From the NCBI GenBank assembly GCA_965203355.1, contig OZ241889.1, forward strand, positions 3,488,001 to 3,552,000: a stretch of 64,000 nt of DNA, read 5' to 3'. This DNA comes from Candidatus Latescibacterota bacterium (GTDB lineage Bacteria; Latescibacterota; UBA2968; UBA8231). A program made the position numbers and the translations under genes. Under the pieces are notes generated by a model that ran no database searches, was not told where the DNA came from, and saw only the letters and a list, made by a program, of their open reading frames with translations. Of this stretch, positions 11,436 through 21,091 are shown piece after piece. Numbering within the stretch: position 1 is the first letter of the stretch; every line of letters starts with the position of its first letter.

Positions 11436-14126
11436 ATGACCGCTGCGGCGACGCATCTTCAGGCGGGTCGCATGGCGGCGGCATTGGACCTCCCAAACGG
11501 TGCGCGGCTCTACCGCTGCGCCTTGCAGGTCAATCCGTTCGCCTATCTCGGCCGGCACAACAAGCCGGCGGACTTCGCGTCGGAAGACGAGTACAACACC
11601 GCGATTGTTGACACGTGCCGGGAAGTCGGCATTGAAGTCATTGCGGTTGCGGACCACTATCGCGTGGAGGATTCAAAAAGCCTGGTACATGCGGCGCGTC
11701 AGGCAGGTCTCTATGCGTTCAGCGGCTTTGAAGCCGTCACCAAGGACGGTGTGCATTTCCTTTGCCTGTTCGACCCAGACCAGGACGACGCCTTGGAGCG
11801 ATTCATAGGCGAGTGTGGCGTCCACGATGCGGAGCACCCGTCGCCGACTGGCGCACTCGACGCCATCGACTTGCTGGAGCGTTCTAAGAACTGGGGTGCC
11901 ATCTGTATCGCCGCGCACGTGGCGTCGGATGGCGGTTTGCTGAAAACCCTTTCCGGCCAACCCGGGATCAATGCTTGGAAGTCGCCGAACCTGCTCGCCT
12001 GCGCCCTTCCCGGTCCGGTGAGCGATGCGCCGCCGGCGATCAGGCCCATTCTCGCAAACAAGAACGCTCAGTACCGGCGGGATCGGTTGCCGGCGATCCT
12101 GAATGCCTCAGACGTCAATGGCCCGGAAGACCTGAGAAAAGACCGGGCATCCTGTTTCATCAAGATGTCTAAGGTGTCTGTCGAAGGCTTCCGCCAGGCG
12201 TTTCTCGACCCACAGGCGCGAATCCGGTTGCACAGCGATCCAGCGCCAGAGCCGCATGCGGAATTTCTGGCGATGACGTGGGAAGGCGGCTTCCTGCGCG
12301 ACACGGCCGTGCATTTTAACGAGAGTCTCAATGTGCTGGTCGGCGGTCGCGGCACGGGCAAATCCACGATAGTTGAAAGCATACGCTACGTGCTCGGCCT
12401 TGAACCCCTCGGGGACGAGGCGTGCAAAGCCCATGAGGGCGTGATTCGCTACGTCCTAAAATCGGGAACAAAGGTCTCGCTATGTGTGCGCTCGCACAGG
12501 CCAGCTAAGCGCTGTTACACGATAGAAAGATCCGTGCCGAATCCGCCCGTCGTAAAGGATGAAGCGGGCGAAGTGCTGCCGCTTGCGCCGCGCGATGTGA
12601 TGCCCGGGGTGGAAGTGTTCGGCCAACACGAGATTGCCGAACTGACGAAAAGCCCCGAGAAACTCACCTTGCTGTTGGAAAGGTTCGCGGACCGCGACGC
12701 ATCGCTGGCGGACCGAAAGTCGCAAGTTCGGCGGGAACTGGAGCGTTCGCGCCACCGGATCGTCGATGTTCGGCGGGAGATGAAGAGCACGGATGAACGC
12801 TTGGCAGTGCTGCCCAGCCTCGAAGAGACGCAGAAAAGGTTTCAGCAGGCGGGTCTCGAAGAGCGGCTCAAGGAGAAAAGCCTGCTCATCCGGGAAGAGC
12901 GGCTGTTTGCCAATCTCGCGGATCGACTGGAGCAATACAGGACGCTTCAGAGCGAACTAGCAGAGGGCATGCCGATCGACGCGGTGTTCGCGTCCGCCAA
13001 AGCACTCGAAGGGTTGCCGAACGCAGACATCCTCGCGGAGATCGAGAAAATCCTTGGGACGCTGAGCACGCGGCTCAAGGTCGTCGGTGCTCAATTCGGC
13101 GAAGCGCTGGCCGAAGCCGACCGCGCGATTGCCGAGACAGAAACGCGCTGGAATGAACGCCGAACAGCGATCGAAGCAACCTACGAGAAGCTCCTGCGGG
13201 AGCTTCAGCAATCGAAGATCGACGGTGCGGAGTTTATCCAACTCCGCCAGCAGATTGAAGCACTGCGACCGCTCAAGGACAAGTCCGAGAACCTGAAGCG
13301 CGACCTCGCGGCCCATGAAGCGCAGCGACGCACCCTGTTGGCGGAATGGGAAGACATCAAGGCCAGCGAGTACCGGAAAATCGAGACAGCGGCGGAACAG
13401 GCGTCAGACAAGCTGCGCAACCGGGTGCGGGTCAACGTCGCGCTGGCTGGGAACCGCGCTCCCCTGAAGGAACTCCTGCGCGACGAGATCGGTGGCAATC
13501 TCGCCGTAGCGATTGACCGCCTGAGTGCGCGGGACCAGCTATCACTACCCGAGCTGGCGCAGCGGTGCCGGGAAGGCAAGGAGTCGCTGATCGATCATTG
13601 CGATCTGCCGCCCGGCGCAGCCGAGCGGATTGCCGGTGCCAGTCCCGAGTTGTTCATGCGAATTGAGGAACTCGATCTGTCGGCGACAACCGAGATTAAA
13701 CTAAACACCGCCCCGGAAGATGAGCCGCCGGTGTGGCAGACGCTACAAGCACTTTCCACCGGCCAGAAGGCCACGGCCATCCTGCTGCTCCTGCTGCTGG
13801 AGTCCGAAGCACCGCTTGTCGTCGATCAGCCGGAAGACGATCTCGACAACCGTTTCATCACAGAAGGCGTCGTGCCGATCATGCGACGGGAAAAGCGGCG
13901 GCGTCAGTTCGTGTTCTCGACGCACAACGCCAACATCCCGGTGCTCGGCGATGCGGACCTGATCCTCGGGCTCTCGGCGACCGGCGAAGCGAAAAAAGGC
14001 CAGGCGAGGATAACGCCTGAACATATGGGCTCGATTGACGACAGCCCAGTACGGGAACTGGTCGAGGAAGTCCTCGAAGGCGGCAAAGCCGCGTTTGAGG
14101 CGCGTCGGTCCAAATACGGATTTTGA
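11436..14126 (+). CDS. PHP phosphoesterase fused to SMC/ABC-type ATPase (TrlF/Ppl-like)
   Basis: N-terminal metal motifs (ADH, HFLCLF, AHV, ASD); Walker A GGRGTGKST; long coiled coil; LSTGQK signature; VVDQPEDDLDN; STHN. Start uncertain (11436 or 11472). Confidence 0.85.
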   Translation: MTAAATHLQAGRMAAALDLPNGARLYRCALQVNPFAYLGRHNKPADFASEDEYNTAIVDTCREVGIEVIAVADHYRVEDSKSLVHAARQAGLYAFSGFEAVTKDGVHFLCLFDPDQDDALERFIGECGVHDAEHPSPTGALDAIDLLERSKNWGAICIAAHVASDGGLLKTLSGQPGINAWKSPNLLACALPGPVSDAPPAIRPILANKNAQYRRDRLPAILNASDVNGPEDLRKDRASCFIKMSKVSVEGFRQAFLDPQARIRLHSDPAPEPHAEFLAMTWEGGFLRDTAVHFNESLNVLVGGRGTGKSTIVESIRYVLGLEPLGDEACKAHEGVIRYVLKSGTKVSLCVRSHRPAKRCYTIERSVPNPPVVKDEAGEVLPLAPRDVMPGVEVFGQHEIAELTKSPEKLTLLLERFADRDASLADRKSQVRRELERSRHRIVDVRREMKSTDERLAVLPSLEETQKRFQQAGLEERLKEKSLLIREERLFANLADRLEQYRTLQSELAEGMPIDAVFASAKALEGLPNADILAEIEKILGTLSTRLKVVGAQFGEALAEADRAIAETETRWNERRTAIEATYEKLLRELQQSKIDGAEFIQLRQQIEALRPLKDKSENLKRDLAAHEAQRRTLLAEWEDIKASEYRKIETAAEQASDKLRNRVRVNVALAGNRAPLKELLRDEIGGNLAVAIDRLSARDQLSLPELAQRCREGKESLIDHCDLPPGAAERIAGASPELFMRIEELDLSATTEIKLNTAPEDEPPVWQTLQALSTGQKATAILLLLLLESEAPLVVDQPEDDLDNRFITEGVVPIMRREKRRRQFVFSTHNANIPVLGDADLILGLSATGEAKKGQARITPEHMGSIDDSPVRELVEEVLEGGKAAFEARRSKYGF

Positions 14127-14129
14127 GGT

Positions 14130-15347
14130 ATGACGACGCGAACCGAACTGTTGGAGATCCTGGCGACCGGCGAGAATTCCGGCGTGGAATTCAAGCGGGA
14201 CGATCTCAGCACCCAGGATTTAGCGAAGGAACTGGTTGCCTTTTCGAACTTGGCCGGCGGCATGGTGCTGCTCGGCGTGGAGGATGACGGAACAGTATCG
14301 GGCCTGACTCGTGCCGATCTCGAAGAGTGGGTGATGAATGTCTGCCGCGACAAGATCAGGCCGGCGATCGTTCCCTTTTTTGAAGTGATCCGCGGCCTTG
14401 AAGAGGGCAAGGACGTTGCAATTGTGCGCGTGACCCGCGGCTATGATGTCCACGCGCTCTGGCACAGTAACAGCAACAGGTACCTGATGCGCGTCGGAAC
14501 GCAGAGCCGCGAAGCAAGCCAAGAAGAGCTGGCTCGCTTGTTCCAGCAAAGAGGCACTATTCGCGCTGAACTGCGGCCGGTCTCAGGCGCAAAGCTCGCC
14601 CACCTGGACCGGCGACGGCTGGGAAACTATTTCGGTGACATCCGCCAGCAGGACGTGCCCAATGACAAGGACGAAGATGCGTGGCAGGCTTTGCTGGTCA
14701 ATACCGAGATAATGACCGAAGAAGGCGTAACCGTAGCCGGCATGCTGTTGTTCGGCGAGACGCCGAATCGGTTTCTTCCACATGCCGGGATAGACGCCGT
14801 CGCGTATCCAGGAACGGAGCAAGACTATGATGCACAGGAGCGCACGGCGATACGCGGCCCTATGACGCCACTGCGCAACAGAGACGATGGAGTCGTTGAG
14901 AATGGGCTGATCGAACAGGCCCTGGATTTTGTGCAGCGCAACACGCGCGGGACTGTCGAGTTGGCGGGTGGGCGGCGGATGGAGCGGCCGGTGTATCCGT
15001 CCGACGCACTTCGCGAGGCTATAGTCAACGCGCTAATTCACCGCGACTACCTGCTCACAAGTACGGATATCGAGTTGGCGATATATAGTGACAGGCTGGA
15101 GATCGTCTCTCCGGGGCGGCTCCCAAACGGGATAACGCCGGCGCGGATGCGAGCCGGTACGCGGGCCGCGCGAAACCAGGTGCTCAAAGACGTCATGCGG
15201 GACTACCACTATCTGGAGCACATGGGAATGGGCATTCCGCGGAAAATCGTCAAAGGCATGATGGAACACAACGGCACGGAACCCGAGCTGATTGAGCGAG
15301 ACGAGCGTTTTGTCGTACGTCTTTATGCCCGGACGCCGGAAGCGTGA
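14130..15347 (+). CDS. Schlafen/AlbA_2 DNA-binding domain + HATPase_c_4 (RecG C-terminal-like) protein
   Basis: GENSGVEFK...AFSNLAGG.VLLGVEDDG; REAIVNALIHRDY...SPGRLP. Confidence 0.88.
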   Translation: MTTRTELLEILATGENSGVEFKRDDLSTQDLAKELVAFSNLAGGMVLLGVEDDGTVSGLTRADLEEWVMNVCRDKIRPAIVPFFEVIRGLEEGKDVAIVRVTRGYDVHALWHSNSNRYLMRVGTQSREASQEELARLFQQRGTIRAELRPVSGAKLAHLDRRRLGNYFGDIRQQDVPNDKDEDAWQALLVNTEIMTEEGVTVAGMLLFGETPNRFLPHAGIDAVAYPGTEQDYDAQERTAIRGPMTPLRNRDDGVVENGLIEQALDFVQRNTRGTVELAGGRRMERPVYPSDALREAIVNALIHRDYLLTSTDIELAIYSDRLEIVSPGRLPNGITPARMRAGTRAARNQVLKDVMRDYHYLEHMGMGIPRKIVKGMMEHNGTEPELIERDERFVVRLYARTPEA

Positions 15348-15374
15348 GAAGCTACGCGCCGCCGCGCTAAGGAC

Positions 15375-16586
15375 TCAAGACGGGCGAGAGACGCGGGCAA
15401 AGAGGCACTTGAGATAGCGTCCGTCGGGAAAGGCTGGGTCTATGGGATGGTCGGCTGGGTGTAGGTTGTAGGCGAGGATGCGGGCGCGGACTCGGGCACC
15501 AGCGGCGGCGCGGCGGATGATTTGGAAAAAATCCTCTTGGGAAATGCGCGCCGAGCACGAGGCGGTCACCAGCAGCCCGCCGTCGGCTATGAGGCGGAAG
15601 GCATTGCGATTGAGTTTGGTATAGACGCCCATGGCCTGTTTGTGCTGGCTGCGTTTCCGCATCAGCGAGGGCGGGTCGCAGACGACAATGTCATAGCTGG
15701 GGCCGCGCTCGGCCAGTGCGTCCACGAAGGAAAACACATCGGCGATCAACAGGTTGGCGTGGGTGCCTTGGGGGCGGTTGGCGTCGAGGGTGCGGCGGGC
15801 GGCGGGCGCGACTTGCGGCGCTATGTCGACGTCGAGGGTGTGGGATGCGCCGCCTTGGAGGGCGTGGGCGGAAAAGCCGCTCGAATAGGAGAAGAGGTTG
15901 AGTACGCGCTGGCCGCGGGCGAATTGCTGGAGATAGAAGCGGTTGGCGCGCTGATCGAGAAAAAAGCCAGTCTTTTGGCCGCGATAGAGGTCGGCGTAGA
16001 GGCGCGTACCGTGCTCTTCGATCTCGACGAATTCGGGCGGTGCTTCGCCCGCTAGTAGGCCGGTGGGCCGGTCGTCGAGTCCCTCGGCGCGGCGCGTACC
16101 CACATCGCTGCGTTCGTACAGGCTGCGGGGGGCGCGCAGGGATTGGAATGCGTCGAGGATGGCGGGGCGTTGTCTTTCCATGCCGGCCGTGTGGAATTGC
16201 ACTACGAGGTAGCCAGCGTAATCGTCGGCGATTAGGCCGGGTAAACCGTCGCTTTCGCCGTGGACTAGGCGCATGGCGTTGGTGTGGGCGGATAGCCCGG
16301 CGCCGCGGCGCAGGGCGATGGCTTGGGCGATGCGCTCGGTGAAGAAGGCCGCGTCAATGGGGCGGCTGGGGTCTTGAGTGAGACTGCGGACGCGGATTAG
16401 CGAGCGGGGGTTGTAGAATCCGCGACAGACAAAGCGCGCCTGCGCGTCAAAGACATCGACGATATCGCCGGTGTTGGCATCGCGGGGCGCCCGCTCGACC
16501 GCGCCCGAGAAGACCCAAGGGTGGCCGTTGCGCACGGTGCGCTCGCTGTTGGGCCGCAGGTAGAGGGGTGGATAGTGCAGGGGCAT
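15375..16586 (-). CDS. rlmI: 23S rRNA m5C1962 methyltransferase (RlmI family)
   Basis: GHPWVFSG PUA domain, GESDGLPGL, GQKTGFFLDQR, LNLFSY, DPP, YLK. Confidence 0.88.
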   Translation of the reverse strand: MPLHYPPLYLRPNSERTVRNGHPWVFSGAVERAPRDANTGDIVDVFDAQARFVCRGFYNPRSLIRVRSLTQDPSRPIDAAFFTERIAQAIALRRGAGLSAHTNAMRLVHGESDGLPGLIADDYAGYLVVQFHTAGMERQRPAILDAFQSLRAPRSLYERSDVGTRRAEGLDDRPTGLLAGEAPPEFVEIEEHGTRLYADLYRGQKTGFFLDQRANRFYLQQFARGQRVLNLFSYSSGFSAHALQGGASHTLDVDIAPQVAPAARRTLDANRPQGTHANLLIADVFSFVDALAERGPSYDIVVCDPPSLMRKRSQHKQAMGVYTKLNRNAFRLIADGGLLVTASCSARISQEDFFQIIRRAAAGARVRARILAYNLHPADHPIDPAFPDGRYLKCLFARVSRPS

Positions 16587-16595
16587 GGCCCGGGC

Positions 16596-17321
16596 CTAAT
16601 CCCAACTCGGGATCGGGGTCTGGAGCGGATCATCGATCCAGAGGAAACGCCCGTTGACGTTGCTCTCGATGATGTCGATTACGAGCTGAGCCGCCTTCTC
16701 CGGCGGATCCCCACCCGTTTGCTCCACCCATGCCACCCAGTCGGCGTAGCCACTTGCGGCGACGCGGCCCGTCTTGTCGCGGATATCCGCCCACATCGCG
16801 GTTTTGACGTCGCCGGGATGGATGACGTTGGCCGTGACGCCCGTCCCCGCCAGCTCGGCGGCCAGGTGGCGGGTGAACTGGTTGAGAGCGACCTTGGCCG
16901 TGCCGTAGGCGCTGTTCAGCCGCCCCGGAGGGTGCAGGGCCGCGGCCGACGAAAGGCTCACGATCCGGCCCCAGCCTGCGTCCAGCATTCCATTGAGGAA
17001 CGCACGAGACACCAGATAGGGGCCCACCGCATCGATCATGAGCGTTTCGATCCATGCTTGGGGGTCGCTGTCCTGTACGAGGGCGATTGGGCCGAAGACG
17101 CCGGCCGCATTGACGACAACGGTGGGCCGGCCGAGCTGGGCTTCGACCGCGATTTTGAGGCGGTCGACATCCGCTGGGTTTGAGACATCGGCCGTGAATT
17201 GCGCCGAGCGGCGCGCAACGGTTGCGACCGCCAGGCCGTGCGCGGCCAGCGCGTTTGCGATGGCCTGCCCGACGCCGCGACTGGCTCCGGTGACGACTGC
17301 GACGCGCCCTTTGCGAGGCAT
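16596..17321 (-). CDS. SDR family NAD(P)-dependent oxidoreductase
   Basis: TGASRGVG, NAAG, YGTAK; true start MPRKGRVAVV at 17321. Confidence 0.9.
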   Translation of the reverse strand: MPRKGRVAVVTGASRGVGQAIANALAAHGLAVATVARRSAQFTADVSNPADVDRLKIAVEAQLGRPTVVVNAAGVFGPIALVQDSDPQAWIETLMIDAVGPYLVSRAFLNGMLDAGWGRIVSLSSAAALHPPGRLNSAYGTAKVALNQFTRHLAAELAGTGVTANVIHPGDVKTAMWADIRDKTGRVAASGYADWVAWVEQTGGDPPEKAAQLVIDIIESNVNGRFLWIDDPLQTPIPSWD

Positions 17322-17323
17322 GG

Positions 17324-18121
17324 TCAGGCTTGGGAGGGCACGATGGGATTGTCCGAGTCGCTCAGGCGCTTCCGCTGACTGCCCCAGTTGGCGGCGCTGC
17401 CGTTCCAGTAGCGGGTATCGGCCGGGCTGTACGAGAAGAGATAGGACCAGCGCGGTTGGTCGGTGGTGTTGTCCGGGCCGCCGTGGACCGTATATCCGTG
17501 ATGCACCGTACAGTCCCCCGGCTGGTAGTGTAAGGGCGGCGAGAGCTCCAGCGCGGAGGTTAGATTCGGGAACTGCTTGAGTAGGTCGCCTTGGTCGTCG
17601 TTGAACACCGAGCCCAGCGGCCCTTCGCGATGCGAGCGGTTGACGAACCGCATGGCGCCCATCTCGGGCGTGACTTCCGCCAGGGCCAGCCAGAACTGGA
17701 GCTCGCCGACCCGGTCGGACCCATGCTCGGACGAGTCTTGGTGATAGGTGGACCCGGCGGCTCCGGGCTGCTTTTTTAGGAGAATATCTATGCGGTAGCG
17801 GAGCGGAAGGTCCACGCCCTTGAGCCGCTTCCGGTCCACGAGGCGCGTAGCGTTTTGTGCCATGCGCGCGCTGAACATGAATGAACCAAACGGCTCGGTC
17901 TCTTGATTCCGCGCTAGGCCGACCACTGGCTTGCCCTGGCCGATCTTCTGGCCGTTGCGCTCGGCCCACGCCCGTCCGACGCCCAAAAGCTGGGCGGCGA
18001 ACGCTGGATCGACCAGCCGCGGCATCATTACCCAGCCATGCTCGCGGTAGAAGGCTACCTCCTCGGCTGTGACCTCCCGGACGACGCCCTCGATCGCGCG
18101 CGCTGTCATTGCTTGTTCCAT
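17324..18121 (-). CDS. Phytanoyl-CoA dioxygenase (PhyH) family protein
   Basis: FYREHGW, HQD, WLAL...GAM.F...SH, HH..TVHG. Confidence 0.88.
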   Translation of the reverse strand: MEQAMTARAIEGVVREVTAEEVAFYREHGWVMMPRLVDPAFAAQLLGVGRAWAERNGQKIGQGKPVVGLARNQETEPFGSFMFSARMAQNATRLVDRKRLKGVDLPLRYRIDILLKKQPGAAGSTYHQDSSEHGSDRVGELQFWLALAEVTPEMGAMRFVNRSHREGPLGSVFNDDQGDLLKQFPNLTSALELSPPLHYQPGDCTVHHGYTVHGGPDNTTDQPRWSYLFSYSPADTRYWNGSAANWGSQRKRLSDSDNPIVPSQA

Positions 18122-18396
18122 CGCCTATGCTCCGCCTATTTGCGCCGCTTTTCGCGGCGGCAGGGAATAAGAAGTCTTTTGTGGCCGCGTTGTCAACCGC
18201 CGTTTAGTAATCCTGCTGATCGAAATCGCGCAAGACATAGTAAATTGCCGCAGGAAGTAAAAGCAAATTACCAGTGAATAGACATAAAACAGCCAATATG
18301 AGCCACATTTTAATGTTGCCTTTTTACAAGCCGATTTGGTGGGTTAGGTTGTTGTCTGCCGCGAAAATACGCCATGATCGCCGGGCCTGAAAACCT

Positions 18397-19740
18397 TCAA
18401 CAGAGATATTGCTTGGCCTCTTTACCCACCCATTCCCGCAGATCCGGGTCGTCGATGCAGAAGATGCGGAAAATTTTGGCTTGATCCTCGAAGTTGTGCA
18501 GGAGCGAATCGCGCAGGCGGGAGACCTCTGGATCGGCAAAGGTCAGGGGGTCGGTCTTGTCGGCGGGGAGCGTGCGGCCGTAGAAGACCCGGAGATCGAC
18601 TTCCGGGGTCTTGTTGAAGCTGGGGATGTCGATGAGGATCTCGTGGCCTTGGAGGGCGCGACCCAGCCGCTGGCCGCAGACTTGGCACAGCTCGATTTCT
18701 TTGGCGCGGCGCTTGTAGGGATGGCGGAAGAGAAAGTCGAGGCGGTGCATCAGGGATTGGGTGCGCTCGCTGGGGTGGATGACGGTGCCGACCTTGTAGA
18801 GGCGGCGGTGGATCGTGCCTTTGAGGAGTTGGGCGGACGTTTCCAGCCCTAAGCGCTGCTGCTCGCGCTGGAGGCGTGCGATCAGCCCACTTTCGGTGAG
18901 GCGGTGGAAATCGGAGAAGTCGAGCCGGTTGTGCGAGTGAAGGAGGATTTCTTGCACGGCGCGCTTGAACATGGCCGATGCCGAGCGCACCCCGTGGTGC
19001 CAGTATACGTTGCGGTACATTTGGTAATTGGTAAAGACGAGGGCTTCGACCGCGGAGACGCCCTTGCTGGTGATGGCCAGCCGCTGGCGCTCAGGGTCGA
19101 ACTGGATCGAGGCGATCAGGCGGTCGCGGTTGACGCTCTCGCCGAAGGGCACGCCGCAGAACATGGAATCGCGCAGGAGGTAGTCGATTTTGTCGGGATC
19201 GAGAGCGCTGCTGAGGATGTTGGCCAGCAGCAGGTCCTCGGGGGGAACGGCGCGGCCGCTGTTTTGGTAGTCGATTACGTTGGCTACGCGCACTGGATCG
19301 ATCTGAAATTGATCGGCGATCGTCTGGTAGAGTTCGCCGGTTTGGTCTTCGATGATCTGCCTCGCTCCCTCTTCGTGCCGCATGAAGAAGGGCCTTAGCT
19401 CTTCGAGGGTATGCGAGAAGGGGTAGTGGCCGATGTCGTGAAGCAAGGTGGCGGCGCTGAAGACGCGCACATCCTCGTCGCTCAGCACGAGGGGCGGGTC
19501 CGAGTCGAGGAGCCGCGCCAAAAACCGCTTGGCCAAGTGATAGACGCCCAGCGAGTGCTCAAAACGCGAGTGGCGCGCGCCCGGGTACACCAGATGCACG
19601 TAGCCGAGTTGGGTGATGTTGCGCAGGCGCTGAAAGGCGCGGGTGTCGACGAGGGCGAGGACGGGCGCGGGGACGTGGATGTAGCCCCAGACCGGGTCGC
19701 GGATGACCTTGCCTTCTTCGGCTAACAGCGGATGATTCAT
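18397..19740 (-). CDS. HD-domain phosphohydrolase (SAMHD1/YdhJ-like dNTPase family)
   Basis: RDPVWGYI, FQRLR..TQLG...VYPGARHSRFEHSLG, LLHDIGHYPFSH, DPDKIDYLLRDS, MY.NVYWH. Confidence 0.9.
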   Translation of the reverse strand: MNHPLLAEEGKVIRDPVWGYIHVPAPVLALVDTRAFQRLRNITQLGYVHLVYPGARHSRFEHSLGVYHLAKRFLARLLDSDPPLVLSDEDVRVFSAATLLHDIGHYPFSHTLEELRPFFMRHEEGARQIIEDQTGELYQTIADQFQIDPVRVANVIDYQNSGRAVPPEDLLLANILSSALDPDKIDYLLRDSMFCGVPFGESVNRDRLIASIQFDPERQRLAITSKGVSAVEALVFTNYQMYRNVYWHHGVRSASAMFKRAVQEILLHSHNRLDFSDFHRLTESGLIARLQREQQRLGLETSAQLLKGTIHRRLYKVGTVIHPSERTQSLMHRLDFLFRHPYKRRAKEIELCQVCGQRLGRALQGHEILIDIPSFNKTPEVDLRVFYGRTLPADKTDPLTFADPEVSRLRDSLLHNFEDQAKIFRIFCIDDPDLREWVGKEAKQYLC

Positions 19741-19750
19741 AGCATGGGCC

Positions 19751-19779
19751 AATCTAGGAGCGGCGCGCTATCCTGTCAA
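19751..19779 (-). promoter_or_regulatory. Putative sigma70 promoter TTGACA-N17-TAGATT for the HD gene (near-leaderless)
   Basis: Reverse complement of 19751-19779; -10 lies 10 nt from ATG 19740. Confidence 0.6.
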
Positions 19780-19842
19780 GAAATGTGCGCCGAACTCATT
19801 ATGAAAGCTATACTTAGGGCATTTTGTTGTGCGGGCCGTCCA

Positions 19843-19871
19843 TTGACACAAAACCGATTCGCTCCTATCTT
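19843..19871 (+). promoter_or_regulatory. Putative sigma70 promoter TTGACA-N17-TATCTT for the ndk-fab operon
   Basis: Near-consensus -35 and -10 with a 17-bp spacer. Confidence 0.68.
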
Positions 19872-19924
19872 TCAAAATTTTGTTTGACTATGGAACGCAC
19901 GTACCGAGGAAATAACCTATTGTG

Positions 19925-20326
19925 ATGGAACGCACGTTGATGATCGTCAAGCCCGATGCGGTCGCCAAAAACGCCATCGGCCAGATTATTGCCCGCGTCG
20001 AGGGCGAGGGATTTGTGGTGTGCGCCCTGCGCATGGTCGAGCTGTCCGCCGAGCAAGCGCGGGCCTTCTACGCCGTGCATCGAGCGCGCCCCTTCTACGG
20101 CGAATTGGTGGAGTTTATGACCTCTGGGCCAGCCGTGCCGATGGTGCTCGCGCGTGTGGACGCCGTGGCGCACTTGCGCGATTTTATCGGCCCGACCAAC
20201 AGCCTTGAGGCCCCGGCGGGCACCATCCGCGGCGACTTTGGCACGGACGTGCAGTGCAACGCCGTCCACGCTTCGGACTCAGTGGCCAACGCCCAGTCCG
20301 AGATCGCGTTTTTCTTTGCCGACTGA
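19925..20326 (+). CDS. ndk: Nucleoside diphosphate kinase
   Basis: ERTLMIVKPDAV...GTIRGDFG...NAVHASDS. Confidence 0.96.
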   Translation: MERTLMIVKPDAVAKNAIGQIIARVEGEGFVVCALRMVELSAEQARAFYAVHRARPFYGELVEFMTSGPAVPMVLARVDAVAHLRDFIGPTNSLEAPAGTIRGDFGTDVQCNAVHASDSVANAQSEIAFFFAD

Positions 20327-20334
20327 ACAATCCC

Positions 20335-20874
20335 ATGCCCGCTTTGCTAGTACTCGACGACCTCGCGGAAGGCCCGAATGCGCTCACCTTTGAGCTGCGG
20401 GCCGAGGACTTGGCGTTAAAAGACGAATTTTTCGCCTTTCCCTTCGTTGTTGAAACCCGCGTCGAGGTGCGGCGTGCGCTCGACAATTTCCGGCTCGACG
20501 GAGTCGTTACCTGTGGCATTGCCGGCGAGTGCTATCGCTGTTTAGAGGAAGTGCAAGAAGCGGTCACAGCGCGGTTCCGCTTGCTTTTGCAGCGCCGCCA
20601 AGCCACCCCCGAAGAGCGGGCGTCGGCCGAAAAAGACGGGTTTATCGAGATCGTCGATCGCGGGACGCGCGAGGTTGATTTGTGTGCATATATCCGCGAG
20701 GCCGTGATCTTGGACTTGCCGATGCGCATACCCACCCCGGACGCCGATGGTCGGTGCCCGCACTGTGGAGCAGAAGAGGCCGACGAACCCACCGCCAAAC
20801 AGGAACGAGCCGTGGATCCGCGTTGGGCCGCGCTCGCGCAGATCGAATTTTCGCAACCCAAAGAAGGTTCTTGA
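20335..20874 (+). CDS. yceD: DUF177/YceD 23S rRNA accumulation protein
   Basis: ECYRCL, CPHCG, DPRWAAL; directly upstream of rpmF. Confidence 0.88.
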   Translation: MPALLVLDDLAEGPNALTFELRAEDLALKDEFFAFPFVVETRVEVRRALDNFRLDGVVTCGIAGECYRCLEEVQEAVTARFRLLLQRRQATPEERASAEKDGFIEIVDRGTREVDLCAYIREAVILDLPMRIPTPDADGRCPHCGAEEADEPTAKQERAVDPRWAALAQIEFSQPKEGS

Positions 20875-20886
20875 GAGGAGTCCCCC

Positions 20887-21069
20887 GTGGCTGCAGTACC
20901 TAAGAGGAGAATTTCGCGCACCCGCCGCGACAAGCGGCGCACTCACTGGAAGATAAAGGCCGCGGCGAGGACTACTTGCTCCCACTGCGGACAGCCCGCC
21001 CTGCCCCATCGCGTCTGCCCGAGCTGCGGCTTCTATCGCGGCCGCGAATACATCGAGCCGGAAGTATAG
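20887..21069 (+). CDS. rpmF: 50S ribosomal protein L32
   Basis: AVPKRRISRTRRDKRR...CSHCG...HRVCPSCGFY. Confidence 0.96.
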   Translation: MAAVPKRRISRTRRDKRRTHWKIKAAARTTCSHCGQPALPHRVCPSCGFYRGREYIEPEV

Positions 21070-21091
21070 GCTGCTTGGGGCGGCTGCTTGC

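Noticed and set aside
17322-17969. N-terminal 215 aa of the 457-aa SDR ORF
   Set aside because: Overlaps the PhyH gene in another frame; the SDR motif starts at 17321
18122-18396. AT-rich intergenic regions (also 32537-32762, 34175-34379) as ncRNA or riboswitch
   Set aside because: No recognisable conserved motif or convincing structure by eye; an Rfam/Infernal scan would be needed
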